A stretch of DNA of 63,350 bases, counting the filler, from Chiloscyllium plagiosum (taxonomy: Eukaryota), in NCBI RefSeq assembly GCF_004010195.1. It is 3 parts of one record of this genome, joined end to end, with 100 filler letters (N's around TTAATTAATTAA, not from the genome) between each part and the next. Parts side by side here need not be neighbours in the genome. Positions count along the whole stretch, not along the records: positions 1 to 30,002 come from NC_057715.1; 2 more parts are not named here. The stretch is one strand, 5' to 3'. Both the position numbers and the translations under genes were made by a program. Within the stretch, counting starts at the first letter, position 1. Each line of letters opens with the position of its first letter. Below the pieces are notes generated by a model. That model searched no databases. It was not told where the DNA came from and worked only from the letters and a program-made list of their open reading frames with translations. Of the stretch, positions 13,732-27,748 are shown in pieces.

Positions 13732-16700
13732 TTTTTTTTTAAAAAAAGTATTTATATTGAAAACATTTTTCAAAATTGTAAAATTACAGAAATATGAAAA
13801 TATAACATTAGAATGACAAAAACAACAATAAACAATAAAGCAACTACTATACTACTCTACAAAAGAACTCAACTACACTCATTACACAGCAATAAATAAA
13901 TAAGTACATAAATAACGCTGCTCAGCATAACAAGACCTCAGCTCTCAACTTTTGACAGCATTAATTATTAAACTCATGTTTGCTCAAAATATATCCTCTT
14001 GGGACATTAGGTTTATTAAACCAAACCAACATGGCTGGACAAAAGCCCTAATTAAAATCTGCTCTCAAATAGTGCAAAAAGACAATTATAAAAATTGTCC
14101 ATTTTCTGGTACACCATGTTTGTAAGGAAGTCCAAAGGAATGTGTTCCAGAAATTAACTAATGCCACCCCGACAGACCCGGGGAGTTCTCAGCACATCAA
14201 AATGTTCTTCCTCACACAAAAAGTGAGGATACTAAAAAAAAATTTCCCATGTACATCTAAGGAAGATAAATTCAGCAAACCCAGAAGAGAAAGCAGGTTC
14301 ACCTTGTCTTCAGTTCCCAAAACCCTCTCTATTACTCCTGCCACAGCGCTCCAATATGTACGGAGCCTGTGGCAAGACCACAAACAATGAGTGAGGGTAC
14401 CTCTATTTATTTTACATTTGGGGCACACTGAAGACGCACCCTGCTTAAATTTTGCTAGACGATCTGGGGCCAGATGAGCCCGATGAAGAATCTTTAACTG
14501 CAAAACATGGGTCCTATTACATATCGAAATCTTCGTCACATTCTCACAAATGTCCTCCCAAGTTTCCAGAGTGATCTCCAACACTAACTCTCTCTCCCAG
14601 ACCTCCCGTAATCTGTCAATGTCACCCAAGGAATCTCCTCCCAACAAATGATAGAGAGTACTCACTGAAAGAGTGCTCTAAGCCTGAAGCACCCTCTTTT
14701 CCCATCTCAGACCTAAAACACTCAGTCAGAAGTGTAGTCTCTTTTCAGATAAAATCTCTGATTTGAAAAAAAACAGAAGAGGTCCCTACTCGATAATCCA
14801 TACTTAAGAGTTATTTGATCAAATAACATTAATTTTTCATCTTCAAACAGGTCACCCAAACAAGAGACTCCCCTATCAGAGATCCATTATCCCTGGCCGG
14901 AAACCTGGCGTACCAACTATGGGACTATGGAAAGATGTTTTAGACATATTACCCTCCATCTGTCTCATTGCCTTCCACTTTTTGTCAGTATTAATAACTA
15001 TTGGATTGCGGCAATGTTCCACAACTATCCTCATTTTGTCCAGAAACAACAGGTTAATCAGAGGTCACTTTGCCTGGGAGCCGCAAAGTCCAATCATATC
15101 GACACCGAATCCTCATAGGCCCAGTCACTCACAAAAAAATAGAAGGGAGCTCAATTGATATCTTCTGACTCCTCCCAACCCCTGGAGCATCTGTTATTTC
15201 ATAAGCTTGACAAGGAGCCGCTTATGGTGCCAAATAAAAGAACTACACCAATTAATTCCCAAAATGTTTCGCGAAAAAAGCAAGAAAGCATCTGCAGAGG
15301 TTACAATAAGCCAGGAAGAACATTCATTTTAAGAAGAGCAGCTCGACCTAGCCATGACATTGGAAGGGCTCCCCATCTTAGAAGGTCTTGTTTAATCTTG
15401 TGAAACACATTAACAACATTAGCCTTGAATAACTGATCAAAACTAGGGGTAACAGAGGCCCAATTTAAGAAAGCCTCCCAGTGCCCACTTAAAGGGGAAC
15501 CCACCTTCAACGTCTGGTATTTCCCCAAGACCCCTGTAGGCATAGCCTCCGATTTTGAAAAATTGATCTTGTAACCTGAGAAAACGCCAAATGAATTAAT
15601 ACGTTGTATCAAATAAGGTACTGAAACTGCCAGGTTTGAACGAAAAACGAAAACATCATTGGCACATAATGTGATCTTATGCACCTTCGACACTACTCTT
15701 GGGACAATTATATTAGCGTCCCGACGAATGGCCTCTGCCAGCAGCTCAATCACCAATGTGAAGAGCAATGGTGAGAGGGGACTGCATTGCCGACTGCCCT
15801 ATCATGTTAAAATTACCAGCCATTATACCATTCGTGAGAACCGCGACCAGAGGATCACTGTAAAGGATCCTTATCCATCTAGTAAACATTTCACCCAGGC
15901 CAAACCGCTCCAGGGTATGAAAAAGATACAGCCATTCCACCCAGTCAAATGTTTTCTTCGCATCCAAGGAAACCACCAACCCTTGAACTGACATTGCTGG
16001 CACATTTGAATCATGTTAAACAGTCTCCTAACATTACTAGAAGACCTGTGACCCTTTATACAGCCCTTCTGATCTTTCTTAACAAACAAGGGCAACACCC
16101 TTTGCAACTTCAATGCCAGAGTCTTCGATAAAATTTTAAAATCAGAGTTTAAAAGCGAGATGAGTCTATAAGAAGCATAGTCTTCCAGGGTCTTCCCTTT
16201 TTCAAGGATAAGAGAGATATTAGCCTCTCTCAAGGAAGGCGGGAGGCGATCCCAATGACATGAATAGTTATACATGTCTAGTATCGGTCCTGACAGTATG
16301 CTTACAAATTCTTTATAAAACTCACTGGGCAAGCCATCAGGGCTGGGCACCTTACCACATTGAAGTTGCCTCACCACCTCCTGTATCTCTGGACTGTTAA
16401 CAGAGCACTAAGGAGAGACACCTGCTCAGCAGACAAATCAGGAAGATCCACATTCCTAAAAACAGACTCCATCCTACCCAGTTTGTCCTCACAGCATTCA
16501 GATTGGTAAAGTTCAGAGTAAAACCTCCGAAACATCTCATTGATTTTTTTTTAGCATCGTAACTAAGAGAAGAAATAGGCTGGGAGGCATTCTTCTTCCT
16601 GACCAAAGTATTTACCCATCCTATCACCATGCTCAAACAGTCTCTGCTTTGCAAAGGAAGGTTCCTTCATTGCTGTATGTGTTAACGTGGAGTTTAAGGT

Positions 16701-19199
16701 GGATTGGAGAGCTGTGATCCACTGCAGCTTAGTCACCGATGGTCTACTTGTAATATGCTGGCTCAGCTGCCTTCTGTCGTGCCACAAGCAGACGCTGCTG
16801 TTCTCCCTTCTGTCGCTTCTGGCTGGCAGAGAATGATATAATACTCCCTCCAGCATAAGCCTTAGTAGTGTCCCAAAGAATGGACGGATTACTAGCTGTA
16901 CCTGAATTGGTGGCCGAAAAAGCTTCAAATTTCCCAGAGAAGTATTCTACAAACTTGCTGTCCTTGAGGATGAAGAGATCCATTCGCCAGTACCATTAGC
17001 TCATTGCATCACCCTTAATCTTAACCATTAAATACACCACTGCATGATCAGAGAGGGCAATATTCCCAATTGAGCAGGATACCACCAAATCTCAACAAGC
17101 CATGGGAGTTAGGAAATAATCAATCCTTGTGTGGCATTTATGAGGATTAGAAAAGAATGTAAAGTCTCTACCTGTGGGGTGTAAACGCCTCCAAACATCC
17201 ACCAACCCCAGGTCCACACATAGATCACCCAACTGCTCAGATTGTGAAGAAAGCTTTGGGGGGCCTGTGGGCATTCTATCCAGCACAAGATCCATAAGGC
17301 AATTAAAGTCCCCCCCTGTAAAAATATGCCGCGACACCAAGGCCATCAGCTTAGTGGATCATTCAGAAATTTACGAGGGTGGGCCAGAGGCCAGAAGTCA
17401 TTCAAAATACTATATTCTTCACCATGTATAAGGATCTTAAGAATAACAAACCAACCATACTCATCTTTAACACAATCTATTAAATTAAATAGGAGACCTT
17501 TCCGGACGGGTTTTGCCACTCCTCTGCTCCTAATACTAAAAGACAAGAAAAACACCCAATCAAATCCAACCTGTTGCAACATCAAGTGTTCTTTGTCATT
17601 AAGGTGAGTCTCCTGCAACAGGACAACATCCACCCTCTCCTTTCTAAAGCTTGACAATGCCTTTTTTCTTTTAACTGGTGAATGAATTCCTCTGATATTC
17701 CAGGTGCACCATTTAAGAATGCTACTAACTATGATCCTTTACAATTATCTTTGACCTGCCAAGAGGAAGAATTTATCTTGCAACACACTGACCATACTCA
17801 AAAGGAGACTCATAGAACCTATTTACAAAAAAAAGCTAAACTACAAAACACACTTATTGGGGGACTCTTCCCCCTATCCACAGAGGTGCTTACATTTCCC
17901 ACACATACCTCCATCCCCCCCGCTTCCAGCTTGAGCCACACTCCAAACCCAAGCAATGGAAGAAACCAAACAAAGGACATTGTAAATGCAAAGGCATAAT
18001 AAAAGCAGTGAGCACTCTGCCCACCCCCCACGCTATATCAATACCACTCTAGCTCAAAGAGGGAAAAAAACCCACCAACAACGTCTTTGGGAAAAGAGTG
18101 AAAGTACAAGGAATAAAAGCAAGACAAAAAAAAACAGACACTATTGTCCATTTCCATAAATACATCTACATTATTTTAAGGTGTCCAAGAGGTTTTTGGC
18201 TTGTTCCAAGGAATCAAATGACTGCTCGTAAGTAACACAAATCACCGCGGAGTATTTCATCGAATTTTGAACACAGGAGTCCTTTAATCTTCTCAATCTC
18301 AAACGATTTCCTCTTAAGGGTCACTGCCGCAGAAAAGTCCTGGAAAAACATTATCTTAGTTCCTTGATAGGTCAGGGCATGTTTATCTCTCCCCAACCTT
18401 CTACAAGTTTCCATGACACACTGCTTGTCCCTGTAGCACTGAAATCATATCAGAACCAGGCGGAGGCACTGGCCCTGACCGGGTCTGCGCACTGCAACCT
18501 GGTGAGCTCTGTTCAACCTTCGCCCAGTCCACTTCAGCATCCCAGCCAAGAAATTGTGGCAACCAGTCTTCAAAAATAATTTGCTGGCTGCCCACCTTCT
18601 ACTCCCTCCAGCAGGCCAATGATCCAGATATTTTTCCTCCTACCTCTATTTTCCAGGTCATCAACTTGCTCAGTCAAGGTTCCAACCTGTTTCTCAAAGG
18701 CCTGGATCAGCTCCACCGAGGACTTTACCTCAGTCTCCTATGCCACGGTCTGCCACTTAACCTCTTCAACTCGCTTTCTGAGCCCTTCTAACTCCTCGTG
18801 CTTTCACAGCATGGCTGAGATGGACTCCAGTTAATTACAAGTCTCTTCCCTCATCTCCTGGATCAGTTGTCAGTTCGCTCAGAGTTCCTCCACAATGTTC
18901 TGCTGTGCAGGCATTTCTTTCACAGCTGCAGAAGGAGCTGCAACGGCTTCCACATTTACAGGCTCGGGCCCGCCCAATGTTTCAGTGTTCAGAGTGTTGA
19001 GACTTGGCCGTTTGCTTCCCCTTAGTCATTCTCACACTTTTGAAAAAGGATTTAAACAGTTGTATTACCATTTAATAATAATATTTTTCCATAAAAAAAA
19101 CTAAGGTGGGAGGGGAGGTGAAAAAATATTACTACCCTGGTTTGGGGTGCAGAGCTCAGCAAGGCTGATCTTTTCAGATCGCCACCATCTTGAATCCCT
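13732..19199 (-). mobile_element. Full-length decayed L1-clade LINE, copy 2, nested in a CR1
   Basis: 5' end AGGGATTCAAGATGGTGGCG. ORF1 FFQDFSAAVTLKRKSF. ORF2 QETHL, GGDFN, TRIDYFL, YRLISLLNSDFKILSK, CPKCK...HCLWSC. A-rich tail at 13732-13760. Degenerate TSD cttcaatttct (13722) / cttcagttcct (19200). Confidence 0.93.
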
Positions 19200-20600
19200 C
19201 TTCAGTTCCTCCTTAATGCTTGACCCCCTGTTCCCTAGCATTTCCTGAAGGTTATTGGTGCCCACCTTAGTGAAGGCAGATCCAAAGTATTTGTTCAACT
19301 GGTCTGCCATCTCTTTGTTGACCATTATGAATTCATCTGATTCTAACTGCAAGAGACCTATATTTGTTTCACCAGTTGTTTTCTCTTCACTTATCTATAG
19401 AAGCTTTCGCAGTCAGTTTTTAAGTCTTTCTCAAAACTTACCTCCATAGTCTTTTCCCCTTCTGAATTAAACCCCTTCTCCTTTGCTGAATTTTAAATTT
19501 CTCCCAGTCCTCAGGTTTGCTGCTTTTTCTGGCCAATTTATATGCCTCCACTTTGGCTGTAACACTGTCCCTGATTTCCCTTGTTAGCCATGGTTGAGCC
19601 ACCTTTCCGGTTTTACTCTTACAGCAGACAGGGATGAAGGAATTCCTGATGAAGAGCTTATGCTCAAAATGCCGATTCTCCTGCTCCTCGGACGCTGCCT
19701 GACCAGCTGTGCTTTACCAGCATCACACTCTTCGACTCTGATCTCCAACATCTGCAGTCCTCACTTTCTTGCAGACAGGGATATACAATTATTGAAGTTC
19801 ATCCATGTGTTCTTTAAATGTCTGCCACTGCTATCCATCAACCACCCCTTAAGTATCCTTGTCCAGCTTATTCTAGCCAATGCATGCCTCATAACATCAA
19901 TGTTAACTTTCTTTAAATTCAGGAACCTAATTTCAGGCTTAATTGTGTCACTCGCCATCTTAAATGAACAATTCTAACATATCATGGTCACTCTATCCCA
20001 AAGGATCTCACACAACAATGTTGTTAATTAATCCTCTCTCATTACATAATACCCAGTCTAGCCCTCTAGTTGGTTCCACAATATATTGGTCAAGGAAACC
20101 TCATATTCCAGGAAATCCTCCTCCATCACATTGCTACCAGTTTAGTTAGTCCAATCAATATGTAGATTGAAGTCACCCATAATAACTGTTGTATTCTTCA
20201 TGCATACATCACTAATTTCCTGTTTGATACAATAGCCAACCTCTCAGCTACTGTGTGGTGGGCTGGACACAACTCTCATTAACGTCTCTTTCCCTCTGGC
20301 GCTCCACAGCTCACCCATACAGATTCCACATCATCCCGGCTAATGTCCTCTCTTACTTTGCGTTAACCTCCTCAACTAGCAATACTACCCCACTTCCCTT
20401 TCCTTTTCTTCTATCTTTCCTGAAAATTGAATAACCCTGGATATTGAGCTCCCATCCTTGGTCACCCTGGAGCCAGGTCTCCATGACCCCATTATCCATT
20501 ATATCCATTAATAACTATCTGCGCAGTTATTTCATCCACCCTATTACAAATACTACTCACATTGAGACACAAAGTCTTCAGGCTCTCTTTTTTTGACATT
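19200..20600 (-). mobile_element. CR1-clade LINE, 5' part (endonuclease/linker) of the element at 12209-13731
   Basis: NKEMADQLNKYFGSAFT and an upstream APE-like region. Sequence is collinear across the L1 insertion site. Confidence 0.8.
19636..19770 (+). mobile_element. Short PLE pseudo-LTR module with degenerate hammerhead core
   Basis: CTGATGA-A-GAGC-ttat-GCTC-AAAA followed by the shared gattctcctgctcc...ctgcagtcctcactttct body. Flanked by the 12-bp direct repeat GCAGACAGGGAT (19624-19635, 19771-19782). Confidence 0.75.
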
Positions 20601-20769
20601 TATTGCCCATACTCACCAGGTCTAGCCCACATGCAACTCCAGACCAACAGCAATGTGGTGATTCTCAACTGCTCTCTGAAATGATCTAGCAAGCTACTCA
20701 ATTCTATCAACCACTACAAAATCTCAACAAAGAAATGAAACTGGACAGACCACCTGGCATCGACCTCAG

Positions 20770-21030
20770 CAGTGGAAATGACAACAGGAAAAACCACCCC
20801 AATCCACCCAGCAAAATCCTCCTGACTAATGTCTGGGCACTAGTGCCAAAGTGGGAGAGCTGATTCATAGATTTATCAAACAACAGCCTGACATATTCAC
20901 CCTCACTGAATCATGACCTAGAGACAATATCCCAGGCACCATCATTAACATTCCTGGATATGTCCTGTCCCACCAATAGGACATACCCAGCAGAGGTGTC
21001 AGCACAGTATTATACAGTCTGGAGGTGCTG
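20770..21030 (+). mobile_element. Decayed APE endonuclease N-terminus of a CR1/L2-group LINE
   Basis: Translates to NVWALVPK...QQPDIFTLTES...IINIPGYVLSHQ*DIPSRG. Confidence 0.55.
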
Positions 21031-21135
21031 TGTTATGAACCTTAGTGAATTTCAGCAACAACACATTTCAAACTCCAGGCTGATGTAAAGTTGCTTTCGT
21101 GCAAACATTAAAATAACCTCCATAACCTCCATAGT

Positions 21136-21445
21136 GGGTGACACAGTGGTTAGCACTGCTGCCTCACAGCGCCAGAGACCTGGGTTCAATTCCCGCCTCA
21201 GGCGACTGACTGTGTAGAGTTTGCACGTTCTCCCAGTGTCTGCGTGGGTTTCCTCCTGGTGCTCCGGTTTCCTCCCACAGTCCAAAGATGTGCAGGTAAG
21301 GTGAATTGGCCATGCTAAATTGCCCGTAGTGTTAGGTAAGGGGTAAATGTAGGGGTATGGGTGGGTTGCGCTTCGGCGGGTCGGTGTGGACTTGTTGGGC
21401 CGAAGGGCCTGTTTCCACACTGTAATCTAATCTAATCTAATCTAA
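21136..21445 (+). mobile_element. HE1-family V-SINE
   Basis: tRNA-like head (A-box ACAGTGGTTAGCAC, B-box GGTTCAATTCC), V-SINE core GAGTTTGCACGTTCTCCC...GGTTTCCTCCCACAGTCCAAAGATGTGCAGGT, CR1-like tail and (TAATC)n. Confidence 0.9.
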
Positions 21446-23182
21446 CCCAAACCTAAAAACATTATAAGACTGCTAGCCCAAATGTCCTTCAGTTCATAGT
21501 CCATTACTACTCAATTGCCAAATTTAGCTTCTTATTTGAAACGGCTCTGCATGACTCAACATTTCCTTGAAGAAAATAGTAGTTTCTCTTGCAAAACAGG
21601 TACAGACAATAATGTTCCCTTCCTCTCCCTTTTGATAAAGTCTGAGGAGATTTGAAACAAATCCTGCCATCATTGTAGGATCTTTCCTTTGAAAATGCAT
21701 TACATACACAAACAAAAATTTTAATCTTTTATCTGGAATTGCACCTTTAGCACAATTATTATGGCATTTCTGACCATCAATTTTTTCTCATCTTTTCTCG
21801 AAATCATTATTTTATCATGACCACATCATTCAATTAACAAAGTGAATTAATTCCAGAATGTCCAGACTGACAACTGTTCTATGGTAACCGATTACATATC
21901 CAAACATTGGAATATGCCAAACCTAAACACGCCATTACATAAATTCCATCAAATTGAAGAACCCTTATGAGAACATAGCATAAATGATAGCAAAATGTGA
22001 AGAACACTGTTTCAGACATAAAAGCAAATTAAAAAAACAGAAATGTTAAAACACAACTAAATACAGGCTCAAAAATAAAAGTTAGATTGATATAGGTTTT
22101 AAATTTGATTTTATTCAGTGCTTAAAAAATACATTTTGTATTCATAATTTAAGAAAATGATTTGTTGCACATGGTAAATGTCTTCGGATTCCAAAATGAA
22201 GAGTTACTGTCCATGTTCCAGTCTGACAAACAGAAATTTACTAGATCTTTGCATTTTATAAACAGTAAACAAAGAACTTATGTAGGGGAAGTCCATTAAT
22301 TCTAAATAGTACATTGGCATTGTTGAGAGGCTGTGGAACCAAAGTTTCTAAATTTGTTTGGAAGATTTCGATTTAACTAGCAATTTAGAATGCTGGGGAC
22401 AAACAGTCAAGCTCAAGCACTTTTACAACAGGAATAGAAGAATTCTTATTTCTACAAGATGGTGCCTTGTAGTTACAATTAGAAGAATAACGGGTCTCAA
22501 TGGTCAAGAAAGTCACCTGATTACTGAATGAATTTAAGTGTGCAAGATTTAGTCAATATGTGATAGCAAACACCAGCAGTTGACTCAATCTACAATACTC
22601 TCAGAGGTGTGTCACGGTTTCTTTAATGGCTCAGTAAGTTTATCCTGAGATCAACACATCACAAACCAGGACTCCTGCTGAGTTAACTGACTGCAGTTTG
22701 GATGGCCATTGGAATGCTACAAGTAAATTAGCACCCTGACTGAATGGAGAGGAAAATAAAGACCCCACTCCTTACTGCAATCCAACTCCTCCTTCTGGCT
22801 ATGCACACCACCATCATTTGATGTCCTTCACAGCTGAATTATCGCCTGACCCTCACATATAAACACACATGAAAACCCATGTGTGATACAATCTTCAGCG
22901 CAACAGCAACTTTTCTACAAAGAGGAAAAGCATTTAAGATATGAGATGGAAGAAAACTAACAACTGGTGGGGTGTGGGTAAGAGTTGACAATGGTGCCAA
23001 TAGATCTCAAACACAAAAAAAACAAACATTCTATATAACAGCATTATTAACCCTTGAAGATAGGGATCCAAAGAAGTGTTACTCATTTGCCATTTCAGAA
23101 TTTCATTGCAATATATTCTTGCAATACATGTATCAAAAGTACTTTATAGGGCAAGTCCCCACTTATAGTGGTAGTAATTTTA

Positions 23183-23320
<138 letters not shown>

Positions 23321-24839
23321 CTAGTTTTATTAGCCAGATTAATATAATCATCTGATGTATCTGTATAACAATTTCCTCAAATAAATAAAAATAAAGCATG
23401 AGAGAATTGATGGAATTGCCAACTGAAAACCTCTTCTGGTTGGATTTTTATTTACAGAACTGCAATTTCTCCTTAATTCTGTGGCCAACAGATAAATATT
23501 ACCCATTAAAATTTACCAAACATTCATAACTTGCAGTGTTTGTTTAGGTTTGCTCATGAATAATTTCAGAAATGAAAAATGTATTACAGTACTAAAATTT
23601 TAAAGCAACACATGCAGTACAAATCAATTCTATTTTCTACAAATCAAAGTACGTTCCTGAAAATAAAGAGCCATTCTGATAAAACTTTCTGTTTTGTATT
23701 CAAGTCAGAATTGCAAGAATATCAAATTTCAAAGCAAACAATTCACACTACATGATGGTGCTGGCTGGTTGGCCTGAGATCTGTAATTGGTCAAGTCCTC
23801 ACAATGGAAGATGTACCAGGAAACAATCTTGTATTTTCAGTCAAACCAGACAACTGTGATCAGTAAAGGCATTACCATTGGGAATGCATCAGGAAATGGC
23901 TGTCCTACCTCTGCTTAGTTAAAACAGGCACTAAACATGAAGACTTTCTTTATGTTTGCGAAGAATAGGGTGCTATGAATATATATAGGTTTTAGAATGC
24001 ATAAGTAAACTACAAAGCAAGCTCAACTGATAAAAATGAAATGATTGCTGGCATAGTTCTTCATACAATCTGGAGTGCTGATTAAATATTGCCTAACTGT
24101 GAAATCATAACTAAGGTTAACAGGATGTGTTGAACTTTGCAAGAATGGTCTAGTTAAGTACTGTCAACAGTATCCCAGTTGAGACTGGCCAAAGAAGTGC
24201 GTTATTTCATAAATTTACCCAGTCATTATGACATACAACCTACGTTCTTGGCATCAAATCAGCAATTAAGCTCATATCACAGTACTCATTCATGGAATAG
24301 GCAGAACACCTTTCAGTTTGATGGACTCTGTTAACGGACAGTTATTACAGCTTAGCAGCAACATAAAATGGCTAGCTACACCTTCAAAGCTGCAGACAAG
24401 GTGCCTCAGGGTTGATCCATTATAGTCAGTGGGACAAGGTAGAGTTAATATCTACTGTGAGATGGGGTTGCAGTACAACAGGCATAGGGAACAAAAGGCT
24501 ATGGAGCAAGACCCAAGCAGTCTGCAAGGGAAAGGAAGACATACCTGAATGAAGGGCAGGATAAGCATAAGTAAGTGAGGTAGCTGGCTGGTATGACAAA
24601 GGAGAAGGCCACTTCTAAAAGCGCTGGAAGATTGCAAGATATTCATGAGGACACAACAGAGTGGGGGAGAGCATGTATGTAGGCACATCAGGGGGGTAGG
24701 GAATATTGATCAGTTTTCTGTGATAATGACACAGTTATTTAAGTCAGTGTTTTATTTCTCCTTTATATCATTAATTTTAAATGTGATTTTTAAAAAGGTA
24801 ATGGTTACAATTTCAGCTAAGTTGCCAAAAACCAAGTTA

Positions 24840-25058
24840 CAGGTCATCTGCTGTAACTCAGACTTTGTTAATGCAAATTCGCAGTAAAGCGTTTTGACAA
24901 CTTGGGGACACTGTTTCTAAAGCACGTACTTTTAAAACATGTGCTGGCTGTAATGTGATTACATGACTAACATTTTAAACGCTGTTGCTAAAGCACAATT
25001 TTTCTATAATGCAGGATTGCACAAGAATGCAACCATCGCATTATAGAAGAACTGCCTG
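24840..25058. mobile_element. Tc1/mariner/Tigger-type MITE
   Basis: TA-CAGGTCATCTGCTGTAA ... TTATAGAAGAACTGCCTG-TA. Homologous to 1174-1388. Confidence 0.75.
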
Positions 25059-25495
25059 TACCACTTGTACTCTGTAGTGTGATAGTTGGTCAATTTTGCA
25101 GTGTTCAGAATTATACCAGCAATATCTAAATACAAATCACTCCATTGTATTTTAACATTCACTCAGCTAAAAGTAGCAAATACAATCACAAGAATCAACT
25201 CAATCAAATTAACTTCAATTGTTTAATTTAAACTGCATTACTTCATGTGCCATGAGGCAGGTGTCATGAAAATGAAGTTGCATTTAGCCAAGTGAAATGC
25301 TCACAAAAACAAGTTCATTTATTATCACATTTACAACAAGTTTGATGGGCACTGTTCAGCTGCACTTGTCAAACAGTTTTATAGTAGCTATTGCCTATAA
25401 TTGGTTGGACATATCAGCACATAGGCTAAAGCCTCCAACAACTTTAGGACAGATCCTACAAATCAATGCCCCCCATCAGTTAGTAACCCCCCTCA

Positions 25496-25723
<228 letters not shown>

Positions 25724-26168
25724 TCATCACAAAATTGCAATTAACATCCATCAAGTTGATAAAGTTTTACTTCCTTGCTATTCTTGCAGCCCAAGCAGAT
25801 TATTTCAAAACTCTATTTAATTTACTATTTAAATCAACTTGTCTCAGCTTCCAGTATCTTCGCAGGTAGCATGCTCCTGGTTGTGAAAACTCACATCATA
25901 AAAAACTTTCCTCACAACCAAATTACAGATTTTTGTTTTTCCAAAAGTAAAACAATCAGATGCCATAGAAAATGTTACTACACAAGGGCATATGACATCG
26001 GCAATGATACACTACCTCAGACAGATGACTGGCTGACAGCAGAGAATCAGGATGAACTGGCCATTTTCAGCTTAGCAAACAGTAGCCAGTGGAGTGTCAG
26101 AGATCAGAGCAAAGACCCAAACTATTTAGGGTCTCCATTAATGACATGGATAAAGGGATGGCATACGA

Positions 26169-27112
26169 CAGAGGAGTCTCGATTAGCAGAATACCAAATA
26201 TTCAAATTTCGGATTATCCAAAGAAGATCTCAAGGTCCTGATAGAATTACATCAAACAGGTGTTTCAACACTAATCACGTCTTTTGATTACAATGATTAA
26301 AAATGAACTTGGCTTACTGAAATGCTGCCGAGAACAGTCCTGGACATCGATGTGAGCCCAAGCACCATCTCCAAATGACTGACCGCCTGCCCCATCTCTC
26401 TCTCCCCATACTTTCCCTGGAATACTAAGCAGGGGTGTACCCAATCCCCAGATAATCTCTCCACCATTGTCCTGTACAGGACAAAGGTAGGACTTGTCAA
26501 AAAGTTGCAGTAAAAAGTGTGCACATCTGCGTGTGTCCATTATTTTGAGACTCACCCCTGAAAGGCAGCAGCTGTCTTGCCGTTGTTGTCTTGCCCGGCT
26601 GCCACGGAGATAGGGTGGAGCCGGTGGCGGACAGGAGTTGATGGGGCCAGACCTGCACGGGGGAGCCGAGGCAGACAGGGTTGGGGGGGTCCACACATGG
26701 GGCAGGGTAGGAGTGGACGGAGGGGAATGTTTGGAGGGCAGACAGGGGAGGAGGCGCGGATGGGGGTGTGGTGCTGGACAGGTGTGAGGGCAGAGGCTCG
26801 CACGCGGTGTGCTACTGCCCAGTCTCCTGAACAGGCAGTGGACATAGCAAGTGCTTGCTGTGTCAATCCCATTTGAACTGATTGGTGGGAGGGTCTTCAG
26901 CAAAGCTGCAAGTCCCTTACGCACAAGTGTGTGTCTGCTTAGAAACAAACCCTGAGACACAGAGAGAGAGCAAGGCAGGCAGAGTAAGGAAAAAGGAAAC
27001 TTCAAAAAACTTCAGGTTCCAGAAGAGAGGCATGGAATCAATTAACCGAATAATCAATTATCCAAACGAAATAGTGCCCACCCATCTTGTTTGGATAATC
27101 AAGGTTCCTCTG
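26169..27112. mobile_element. Non-autonomous pogo/Tigger-like DNA transposon (~940 bp) with GC-rich interior
   Basis: Imperfect TIRs CAGAGGAGTCTCGATTAGCAGAA ... TTTGGATAATCAAGGTTCCTCTG-TA. It interrupts an old CR1 RT fragment (INDMDKG left, AKCVDYAQIG right). Confidence 0.6.
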
Positions 27113-27370
27113 TATTGCAGCCAAATGTGTAGACTATGCACAAATAGGTAGGAATTTTAAAAAAAGGAAAGCAAGTTATGAGAAGGATACAAAGAGTTTG
27201 CAAAGATACATAGATGAGTTAAGTGAGTAGACAGAAGTTTGGCAGATGGAATACAATTAGAAAATGTGAGGGTGGCTACTTCAGTAGCAAAAGCAGAAAA
27301 ACAAATTATTATTTAAATGTAGACAGACTACAGAATGCTGCAGTACGGAAGGGCTGGGGATCCTTATTTC

Positions 27371-27705
27371 ATAGAATCTCTACAACATGGAATCAGGCCA
27401 TTTCCACACCAACCCACCAAATAGTAACCCGCCCAGTCCCATTCCCCTACCCTATTACTCTACATTTACCTGACTAATTCACCTAACCTATACATCCCTG
27501 AACAGTATGGGCAATTTAGCATGGCCAATTCACCTAATCTGCACATCTTTGGATTGTGGGAGGAAATCGGAGCAGCCAGAGGAAATCCATGCAGACATGG
27601 AGAGAACGTGCAAACTCCACACAGACAGTCGTCCGAGGCTGGAATCAAACCCAGGTCCCCCGTACTGAGGCAGCAGTGCTAACCACAAAGACACCCCGCA
27701 GCCCT
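27371..27705 (-). mobile_element. HE1-family V-SINE (diverged)
   Basis: Reverse complement of the V-SINE core and tRNA head seen at 21136. Confidence 0.85.
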
Positions 27706-27748
27706 TGTACATGAATCACAAAAAGCTAGCATGTAATTATGGGAAATA

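Noticed and set aside
26271..27005. 244-aa ORF as a novel gene or TMEM135 exon 1
   Set aside because: It is Pro/Ser/Cys-rich, a by-product of the GC-rich transposon interior, with no resemblance to the TMEM135 N-terminus (MAALSKSIPHNCYEIGHTW...).
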